A stretch of DNA of 64,000 bases from a virus, in the IMG/VR virus record IMGVR_UViG_3300035670_010691, positions 32,001 to 96,000 of that record; one strand, given 5' to 3'. Position numbers and translations under genes: made by a program. Position 1 is the first letter of the stretch. Every line of letters starts with the position of its first letter. The notes under the pieces were generated by a model. It saw nothing but the letters and a program-made list of their open reading frames with translations, was not told where the DNA came from and did no database searches. This document shows positions 1 to 10,500 of this stretch, in pieces.

Positions 1-2
1 AA

Positions 3-797
3 ATTAGATTAGACAAGGAATTATCGTCTATAATAAACAAAGTATTTCAATTGGAAGTACAACAAGATAAGTTAAAAACAGAAATTCAAAAAACTGATGA
101 ATTAATACAAGATTACCATCAGAATGAAATACAAATTGAAAAAAATAATTCAATCCGTCAAGAAATAAAAGTTGTAAGGGATGAACTTGAATCAGTAAAA
201 TCTAATTCTAAAAAAACAAATTCAAAATTATTGTCTTTGAATGGTGAAGTTAGCACTCTTAAGTCAAACAAACAACAGATTGAAGAAAGAATACAAGAAG
301 TAAGGGATTTAGAAGAACAAAATAGACTATACGATTATTACTTAAATGCACTTGGTAAAGATGGAATACCATATGAGTTGATTGAGAAAGCACTTCCTAT
401 GATTGAGGGTGAGGTCAATAATATCTTGGGACAAATCGTAGAATTTGGTATGATGTTGGAGATGGACGGCAAGAACATTAATGCATATCTCGTATACGGA
501 GACCAACGGTGGTCTTTGGAAATGTGTAGTGGTATGGAAAGATTTATATCAGGTCTTGCAATCCGAGTAGCCCTTATAAACGTATGTAATTTACCACGAC
601 CAAACTTCTTGGTAATTGATGAAGGTTTCGGTACATTGGATAGTGAAAACTTACAATCACTATTTATGTTATTTACTTACCTTAAAACTCAATTTGATTT
701 TGTAATGATTATCTCACACATAGACAGCATGAGAGATGTGGTTGATGAGTTAATTGAAATTAAAAAGATAAATGGAAGGTCATTTGTAAAAAATTAG
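3..797 (+). CDS. Rad50/SbcC-type SMC ATPase, T4 gp46-like recombination endonuclease subunit (5'-truncated)
   Basis: Coiled coil followed by ABC signature variant CSGMERF, Walker B/D-loop LVIDEGFGTLD and H-switch ISH; frame is open back to the window edge. Confidence 0.9.
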   Translation: MRLDKELSSIINKVFQLEVQQDKLKTEIQKTDELIQDYHQNEIQIEKNNSIRQEIKVVRDELESVKSNSKKTNSKLLSLNGEVSTLKSNKQQIEERIQEVRDLEEQNRLYDYYLNALGKDGIPYELIEKALPMIEGEVNNILGQIVEFGMMLEMDGKNINAYLVYGDQRWSLEMCSGMERFISGLAIRVALINVCNLPRPNFLVIDEGFGTLDSENLQSLFMLFTYLKTQFDFVMIISHIDSMRDVVDELIEIKKINGRSFVKN

Positions 798-871
798 TAC
801 GAAGACTATAAACCAAAAAAAAATAATAGAACTCCAAATTATGTTTGAAAGTAAATGATGTTTGTTGTATT

Positions 872-1045
872 TCATTTAGTTTTTAAAACATTAAACGTTT
901 TATTTACTTCAAGTTTTCGGACACTTGCGTATTGATCAATAAGTCTTTCAATTACCTTACTCATTTTTTTATCATTTTCAGTACAAAATTCTTTTAATTT
1001 TAAATGATGTTGTTCTGAAATTTGTATCATTTTATATCGTTTCAT
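872..1045 (-). CDS. small ribbon-helix-helix-like DNA-binding protein
   Basis: YKMIQISEQHHLKLKEFC...MSKVIERLID strand-helix-helix pattern; ATG at 1045 forms an ATGA overlap with the upstream gene. Confidence 0.6.
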   Translation of the reverse strand: MKRYKMIQISEQHHLKLKEFCTENDKKMSKVIERLIDQYASVRKLEVNKTFNVLKTK

Positions 1046-1440
1046 ACCTTTATCCATTTTCTTTCACTATTAAGGGTAAATGAACCAATATGTTCTCTTT
1101 TTTTCCAATATTCAGGTTCTATAAGAGATAAAAACATTTCACCATCGTCACCAACAAAAAGGTGGTATGTATCTCCGATGACTGGTTCAAAATTAAATTT
1201 AGATTTATAAACTAATTCATTCCACTTAAACTCTTCAACAAGTTTTAAATATTCATCTTTTAATTCATTAAATTTTGTTTTTAATTGGTGATTGACTTTA
1301 ATAACACTTTGTTGTTTCCAAGTAACAACATCATCCATTTTGATGGCGGGAGCTCCAACATTTGTCCCATATGGAAGGACATTAGCTATGTATCCCCGTT
1401 CATCATCAAAAACAATTAAATCCGATTTCTTTTTATTCAC
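1042..1440 (-). CDS. DUF2452-like protein
   Basis: LPYGTNVGAPAI and FEPVIGDTYHL...FLSLIEP..W motifs, recognised as typical of a Bacteroidota-associated family. Confidence 0.7.
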   Translation of the reverse strand: MNKKKSDLIVFDDERGYIANVLPYGTNVGAPAIKMDDVVTWKQQSVIKVNHQLKTKFNELKDEYLKLVEEFKWNELVYKSKFNFEPVIGDTYHLFVGDDGEMFLSLIEPEYWKKREHIGSFTLNSERKWIKV

Positions 1441-1442
1441 TT

Positions 1443-1510
1443 TATTTTTCTATAGATTTCTAATATAAATACAGGAATATCCTTAATTTTTTAATATTTA
1501 TAGAAAAATA
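1443..1510. promoter_or_regulatory. divergent control region with back-to-back TATTTATA motifs and a 12-bp inverted repeat
   Basis: TATTTATA on minus strand (1464-1471) and plus strand (1495-1502); inverted repeat TATTTTTCTATA 1443-1454 / TATAGAAAAATA 1499-1510. Confidence 0.55.
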
Positions 1511-1522
1511 TTTTATTGAATA

Positions 1523-4500
1523 ATGCCCATAATCAAATCATTTGCACCAAAATTAAATTTAACAAATTATCAAACTTTTTTAGTTGATGATGATCCTAAT
1601 TCTACATATTTTAGAATTACAGAATTTCAGGAGACATTTACGGGTGGTAAAAATGGTTTTCTAATTGAAGGTTCATCGTTTTTAAAACCGACTACAGAAA
1701 TTAAAATTGAATTGTTAGATGTAGCCGGTAATCCAATATATTTTGAACCAGGGGACGGTATTCCTGAATATTATGAAGGTTTATCAAAATTAATATCAGT
1801 TCATGTTTATGATGATACACCAATTGGACTCGGTAAAATTACAATTTTAGGAGAACTTTCACAATATATTGATAATACTGGTATAATTCGTGATGTTCCA
1901 AGTGAATGGAAGGGTGTTTATAATGTAAAATGGGAAAGAGTTTTTCAAGTAAATAAAAATCTTTCAAACGAAACGATAGTCCGATTTGTTAAAAGACCAG
2001 TAATACAAATTGATGAAATTGTTAAACCTATCTTTACAAAGGATATACCACAAATTACACAAACGGGTACTGCATCAGGTGTTGGTGAAAATCCAGGTGA
2101 GGGAACGAGTTTAACGGGCTACAGAGCAGGTACTCTTTATCGTATTGCAATTACGGATACTTCAAACTTTACTTCTTCTATTGACGAAAATGTAATTAGT
2201 TTTCCAAGTTTAGGATATTCAGCAACAGTAAAAGAAGTCCTTAATAACAAAGAAGTTTTAGTAGATACTCCCTACACAGTTAATAGCATTGTTACCAATT
2301 TTCAAAATCAATCTTACACTTCAACTTACGAATACCCAGCCGGTGCAATAACCGAGGAAAGTGCTCTTACAGGTTCATTTGCAAAAGTAAATATTTCAAA
2401 TTTAAAAACTTTCGTTGGTGACGTAGCAAGAGTAAAAGTTTATAGAAAAAGTAGAAATGAGGTGGGTGATTTTCAATTGGTTCAAGACTCTCGTTTAGAA
2501 TCGGTTGAGTTATTAAGAGATATAACAATTACAAGTGATACCGAACTTAATTATGGAGTTTTACAACCCTCTACTTTCCAAGATTATTGGATAACAAGTT
2601 CAAACCACCCAACAGAGTTTGATGATACTTATTTATTTGCTTCCTTAAAATCAGATTATGATACAGGTACGGGTGGAACCTTTACCCTTCTTACTTCACA
2701 ATCTTTTAATATAAGTGATAATGTAGAATATAATTTATCATTTAAAACAAGATTAAGTGGGTCTGTTTCTCCTACCAAAACCATAAGTGCTTTCCTTACG
2801 GGTTCGTATTCATCATCGGTAAATGGAAATCCTGTTTTGGTACAATACCGACAAAACTTTATCAGCAGAAGTGTTGATAACACATATCTTCAAAGAAAGA
2901 ATATAAGTGAAAATATCATTTCAAATTTTAGTGGAAGTGCAAGACTTGGGTTTGAATTTGTTGGTGATGATTGGTATGTAGCAAATATAAGTTTAAAGAA
3001 TGCTCAGGAAACTTCATTTTCACCTGATGAGTTTACCTTAATACAAGAAGTACCGAGAAAATTACCAAAAGAAACTTTTGATTTTCGTTTTGAATTTTAT
3101 GATATAAATAACAACTTCATACCCGTTGAAGTAACAGCTACAAAAGAATTTACGGGTGGTAATACAAGTGACACTTCTACCCTTACCAAGTTTTTAAATT
3201 TTGAAAGTGATAGAACTGCTTTTCGTTTTACAACGGGGTCACTTGGTAATCCTGAATTTCAACAAATTGCTTTTAAAGTATCAAGTAATTTATTAACAGG
3301 TTCAGTCACTTATACTTCACAGGCATTCGACTTTACTGGTTCTTTACTAACAAGTGAGTCTTATGATGGAGGACAATATCCTGGATTTCTTACAAACGCA
3401 TCAACAGCTGGTGCTACTCTTACAATAGCAAACTTTACGGGTTCAAGAAATGATGTTATTGTTGGTTCTATTGTTTATACTGCATCTCGTGAAGATTTCC
3501 AAGAGTTTGAAACTGTTTATCGTTTTGAAGATGGTGAAAACGCACCAAACCTTTTTGCAACTTCAAATGCAAATCAATTTATTTATGAACCAACTACGAT
3601 TTCTCCAAAACCTTCGGGACAAGAAATACGAATTCAGGTAAAAAGAAAAAACTTAGCATCATTAATAACTCCAATTACTGCAAATTCATCTTCTGATGCC
3701 CCATTGACGGTAGTTGATGATGTAAATGGCATTAAAACATTTTCTATTTCAGCAACACAGTTTTCACAAAGTTTATTTGTCGGACAGAACGGCCCGTACC
3801 AAGATGTAACCTATTCATTTACCGCGAGTGATGAATTTAATAATCCATTTAGTGATGAGATTACTATTTCTCCGGTAATTAACTTTGATGGTATTTCTGT
3901 TGTTTTATCAAATGAAAATACATCATTTAGGGCAAATTCACTTGGAACAGTAACTTCAACAGAATTTGATGAAGGAGACGGGTTTGTCACAGTTAATATA
4001 GGTAATGAGTCTATATCACATAATAATGGATTATCACAAAGAAACACATTTGATATAACATCTGTAACACCTACTGCAAATATAACACCAAATTCATTTA
4101 CACCGAGCACAAATTCTTATGGAATTTCTGCTATGTCAGTTGATAGTGGTTCTATTGATATAAACATAAGTTATAAAGCGGGTGACAACTTTACAACACA
4201 ATCATTTGTTAAAAAAGTTAATTATACCAAAAATAGAATAGCAGCTCCTGTAATTTCAATACAAACAACAAATAAAAATCAAACGGTATCGGCATATTCA
4301 ACGGGAGTTCAAACAGGTACGTTTTCTAATGCGTTTGTTACTGTAAATGAAACTTATTTAGGTAATACTAATTCTAAAACTATTACCTCACTTACCGCGG
4401 TTAGACAAGATACATTAGCAAATCTTACAACGAACCCATCAACGGGAGAAATTACATTATCTGGTCAAACTCTTGCAACAGGGGTAGATAGTACAACTGT

Positions 4501-7500
4501 TTTAGTAACTGCAACAGTAACAGATACGGAAGGTTCATCGAGAACAGTTATTGATAATATAAGTTTATCAAAAGCTAAAAATGCTCCACCAAATGTGGAA
4601 ATAGCGGTAAGACCTTCATCACAAACAATAGAAGCTAATTCAAGGGGAAGTGGATCTGCTGTACCACAATCATTAACTATTACTGCAACGGAAGGTGGGG
4701 TTGATAAGTTTGTTAGTTTAGGAACTCCTTCTTTTACTAATGGCCTTGCAGGTTCAGCATCAACAAATACAATTACTTTTACAAACACCGCATCAGATAT
4801 GACTTCTGATACGGGAACTGTTTCTATTCCTGTAAATTATACCGATAGTGAAGGTACATCTGGTCAAAAAATAACAATAGCTACTGTTTCAAGAGTAAGA
4901 AGAGCACAACCAAGTGTAACTGTAACTGCTACTCCACAGGCACAAAGTGTTAATAGTAAATCAACAGGTGAGGTTATATCAACTCCACAGGACGTTGTTA
5001 TAAAGGCCTATCAAGGTAACACAGAATTGACATATGATGTTACTTTATCTTCTAATTCAACATATAATGTTACGGGTCAGACGTTAGGAAGTAGAATAAA
5101 TAATACAATTAGTATTTCTTCTGCACAAGTTACAAGTGACACGGTGACGGGAACCGTTACCGTTGGTTATAAAGACGAAGAGGGTACTATTGGTAGCAGA
5201 ACGATAGAATATACAGTTTCAAAATCCAAAGCTGCGGTTCCAACTATTCTAATTACTGCTACTCCTCAGGCACAATCAGTATTAGCAGACCAATTTGGAG
5301 TTCAAACTGGAACCTTAAGTAACGTTACAGTTGATGCAATAGAAGGTTCAACATCACAGTTTGACAGTATGTCAATTACAAGTACGTCTGGATTTTCAAC
5401 AGCTCCAACTGTAAGTTCTAATACATTAGTTATGACTTCTGCTGTAATGAATTCGGATGAGGGGTCTGTTACATTAACTGTAAATTATACGGATAGTGAG
5501 GGAACTTCTTCATCAGGAAGTATTACAATAAGAACCACAAAAGTTTCAGTTGGTTTAGATGGTTCAAATGGTGGTGATGGTAATGATGCAAAAGTTGTAA
5601 GTTTAACTGCAAACAGATATGTAATTCCTTACGATGGTGACGGTAATGAAAGTGGTTCAAATAGTATTACACTTACCGCCACCGAACAAAATCACGAAGG
5701 AACGGTTTATTACGAATTTTTACAGGGTGTTACGCAAAAACAGAATACAACGGCGAATACATATGCAGTTGATGAGGCAGAAGAACCTGCACCAGGAACT
5801 TCTGATTTATGGACTGTAAAAACAAGAGAAGGTTCTTCGGGTGGAACTGTTATAGCATTTGATACCATAGACTTATTTGGTGTTAAAGATGGTACAAACG
5901 CAAGGTCAATTAGACTTTCATCCGATTATCAATCTTTCGTTGAAGCAAAAGACGGTACAATAACACCTTCAACCATAACATTTACAGCTTCAAGACAAAA
6001 TATTTCAACAGCAACTACATTTACTCCAACTCCATCAGTAACACTTGGGGGTTCAGGAGATGTAAGAACTCTTTCTTCTACTAATTTCGGAAGTAATACA
6101 TCTGTGACTATAAATGCATCATCCGAGGGATTTGAAGACGAAATAACTATTGTAAGATTAGTAGAAGGTTCAGATGCGGTAAATGTTATAAGTACAAATC
6201 AATCTCATACTGCTCCTTCTGATTTTGATGGAACAAATACAGACCTAACAAATAGTGGAACAACTATAAAGGTATTTGAAGGAACAACAGAACTATCTTA
6301 TGATGGAGTTGGTACAAGTGCGGGTAAATGGACTGTTGCTACCACAGTTTCTCCGGCAGGAAAAATTACAGTTGGTTCAATTACAGATAATGGTGATAAT
6401 ATAACAGTTGGTGACCATTCAAATATGGCTAATGACACCGATGTTGTATTGGTAATTTATGAAATTACAGGTCAAAAACTTAATGGTGACAGTTTTAGTA
6501 TTAACTCTAATCAAACCATAACAAAATCCAAAGCTGGTAAAAATGCAATTACTGCTTTCTTAACAAATGAAGCTCATGTTTTACCAACAACAAATACTGG
6601 TGAAACAAATTATGCAGGTTCGGGAACATCAATTATTGTGTATAAGGGAGCAACTCAACTTGAAGGTATTTTAACTCAGACTCCTACAACAAACCAATTT
6701 AGTGCTTCCGCTGAAGTAACATTAGGTGAAATAACAATTGGTAATGCAACAACTTCAAGTAATGAAATTATATTTGCAACCCACAGTTTAATGAATACTG
6801 ATTTAGCAATTATAAAATATACAATCAATATAGAAAATGAAATTTTCCTTGAAAAATTTCAAACACTTACCAAAGTTAGAGAAGGTTCGGACTCAAAAGT
6901 AGTAACTTTAAGTGCTAACAGATACACAATCCCATATGACGGAGATGGTAATGAAGATGGTGAATTAACGATTGTTTTAACAGCTACACAACAAAATCAC
7001 GTTGGTACGGTTTATTATGAATTTAGAAGAAGTACAGACGGTGGTTCTACTTTTACTCAAGTTCAAAATACAACAACAAACACATACACAATACCCGACG
7101 CATCAGAACCTGGTCCTGGTGAAAACCATGTCTATCAAGTAAGAACACGTGAGGGAAGTGATACTGGAACAGTCGTTACATTTGATAATATAGATGTTTT
7201 TGGTATAAAAGAAGGTTCTGATGCCTTTACCGTATTTTTAACAAATGACTCACATACATTTCCAGGTAATAACGATGGTTCTGTAAATTCAGGTGACTTA
7301 GCTGCAGGAGCTACACAAATTAGAGTATTTAGAGGAACAACTCAATATACGTTTGATGATGGTGGTACTCCAGCGGACAATACATATACAATTGGAACTG
7401 TTTCTCAAAGTGGAATTACGGTGTCTGCATCTACTGTTTTAAACCAAAGACAATTTACACCAACCGCAGTTTCTGCTACAAAAGGTTCGGTGGCATATGA

Positions 7501-10500
7501 AATTATTGATAATGAAACAAGTACTACTTTCAATAAAATTTATACATTTGGAGTTTCAGTAAAAGGAGATACAGGTGAGGACTCACAAACGATAACCTTA
7601 TCAGCAGATGCACAAGCGTTTAGAGTTGCACAAAATGGAAGTATTACACCTGACTCAATTAAATTATCAGTCAATAAACAAAATTTAACTGATACAACAA
7701 ACTGGACAACAAGTCCTTCCGTAACATTATATACTGCTCCAACAGGTGGAAGTACAACAACAACGGGTGACACCGTTTATTTAAGAAAAGGTGATTTTGG
7801 TTCAAATACTTCTGTTTTAGTAACCGCAACTGCTGGAACATTTAGTGACTCTACTACAATTGTTAGATTAGAGGAAGGTTCGGATGCTATAAATGTTATC
7901 AATACAAATCAAGCTCACACACTTCCTGCTGCATCTGATGGTACTGTTTCCTCTTATGATAATAGTGGAACTACTATTAAGGTATTTGAAGGTGATACTG
8001 AATTGGCGTATGATGGTGTTGGTACAAGTAATGGTACATGGACGGTGAGTATATCACAAAACCCAACATCAACAATAACAGTTGGTAGTATTACTGATAA
8101 TGGAAATAACATCACGATTGGTAATCATTCAAATATGGCGATTGGTACTAGTTCTGTTTTAATTACTTATTCAATAAGTGGTAAAAGACAAAATGGTACA
8201 TCATTTTCTATTGATACTACTCAAACTATTACAAAATCAATAGCAGGTACTGATGGTGTTAATGGGTCTAATGGAACCGATGCTAAAACCGTTGCTCTAT
8301 CCGCTTCACCACAATATACAGTTCTTTACGATGGTGATGGTACAAAAACTGCGGTTGCAATTACCCTGACAGCAACTCCTCAAAATTTTACAAATCCTTA
8401 TTATCAATTTACACAAGATGGTACTGAAAGACAAGCTTATTCTACAACAGCTACATACTTAATACCCGATGCACAAGAACCTGCTGCAAATACTTCTGAT
8501 TTATGGCAAGTAAATGTTAAAGAAGGAAACGTTGGGTCTGTTGTTGCTTTTGATAATACTGATATTTTTGGTGTAAAAGCAGGAACCAATGCAATTACGG
8601 CATTTCTTACAAACGAAGCTCATACTTTACCAACAACAAACGCGGGTGTTGTAACTTATACAGGGTCAGGTACATCTGTTGTTGTACTGAAAGGAGCAAC
8701 TGAATTAAATGGTATAACAAGTGGAACTCCAACATTAGGTCAATTTACTGTAACAACTGCTGTTACAACTGGAACCATTACTGTTGGTGCAAAATCGTCA
8801 CCTGGTAATCCTATGGTTTTTGGTGATCACACCAATATGACTACTGATTTGGCGATTATTGAATATACAATAAATGTAGAAAACCTTGTTACTCTTAAAA
8901 AATATCAAACTCTCGCAAAATCAATAGAAGGTGATAAAGGTGATCCAGGAGATACAGGACCCTCTGGTTTAAGAACCACATCTGGTATGGTTCATTATCA
9001 GTTAGTATCAACATCTGCTCCATCAAGTCCAACTGCAACATCATTTAATTTTTCAACAGGAGGATTTACAGGACTTACCGCTAATTGGGGAACAGGTGCC
9101 CCTACTTATGCAAGTGGTAATACAAACAAATATTGGTATGCAACTTATACGGTAGTTGAGTCAAGTGCAGGAAGTGGAGTTGGTACTCCAACATTTGGAA
9201 CAGTTACTCAGGCAATAGGATTTAGTGGTTTAGTTTCATTTACAGCTGCTGAAAATATAACAGATGGTACAAATACTCTTTCATTTGGTGTTTCGGGTGC
9301 AACCCTGATAAATGGTGATAATATTTCTACAGGTAGGATTATTTCTACGAATTACGTAACAGGAAGTGGTAATGGATTTACAAATACAGGCACTGAATTC
9401 AATTTAGATGAAGGTTTAATTGCTTCTAAAAATTTTACAATTAAACCAAATGGTGATGCTGTATTTAATGGTAGTGGTACATTTAGTGGTACTGTAAACG
9501 CATCAGGTGGTTCATTTACCAATACTGTAAGTATAGGATCTGGTGCTACCTCGGGTACACTTACAGTTGGAACAGACACCAATAAAATTACTATAATTGG
9601 AACAAATAGTGAAGATACTACAAAAATATATTCTGGTACGGGTACTTATGGTAATAGTAATACCGGTTTTTATTTAGGTGCTGATGGTCTATTTTCATTA
9701 GGAAATAAACTAACATTTGATGCTAGTAGTAATTTAACCATAAGTGGAAATATAACTGCAACTACCTTGACTGCAACAACCAGTGGTAATATTGGTGGGT
9801 GGAGTATTAATAATGGTTATTTAGAAAAAGATGGTGTAAGATTAAATGCAGGATCAAATAACGGGTATCTTGGAATAGGTCTTACCTCTTATAATTCGGG
9901 TTCGGGTATATGGATAGGTGAAACTTCATCTGCTCTTTACCAAATGAGTATTAAAAACACGACTACTAATAAATATATTTTATGGGATGGTAGTAATTTA
10001 CAAATAAATGCTGGTAATTTTTCATTAAATTCCGATGGTGATATAACAGCATCCAACGTTCAGTTTAATGATGGTACTTTTAGTGGTACAGTTTATGCAA
10101 CAGATGGTATTTTTAGTGGATCAATTACTGCTACTGGCGGCACTATTGGTGGATATACTATTGGAGATAATATTTTAACTTCAACAACTGGTAAAATTGA
10201 AATTGGTAAAAATGAAATACAAATTTATGATAATAATAACTTATTAAAGTTTGACGTAAATACAGAGACATCTCTACCAAATCCAAATCTTAATGATAGT
10301 GGTACAACAAGTGGTAATTCATCAAATGCACTTAGTATACAAAGAACAACTAATGGGGTTACAAGTACGACAGCGACATCAAACATGGGTATATTTACCG
10401 CTGGTGTCACATCAACTTATATAGTATCGTATAGTTTTCCTGGTGGTACTGTGGGCACCAATCATTATGTTAGAGCTGCAGGTAGTGAAACTGTATCAAC

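Noticed and set aside
5585-8930. DGR template/variable repeat or invertible tail-fibre cassette
   Set aside because: Repeats are diverged at all bases and lie in frame within one ORF; no reverse transcriptase or invertase in the window
2656-10410. Several 60-107-aa minus-strand and alternate-frame ORFs inside the tail fibre
   Set aside because: Shadow ORFs arising from biased Thr/Ser/Gly codon usage; no motifs or start context
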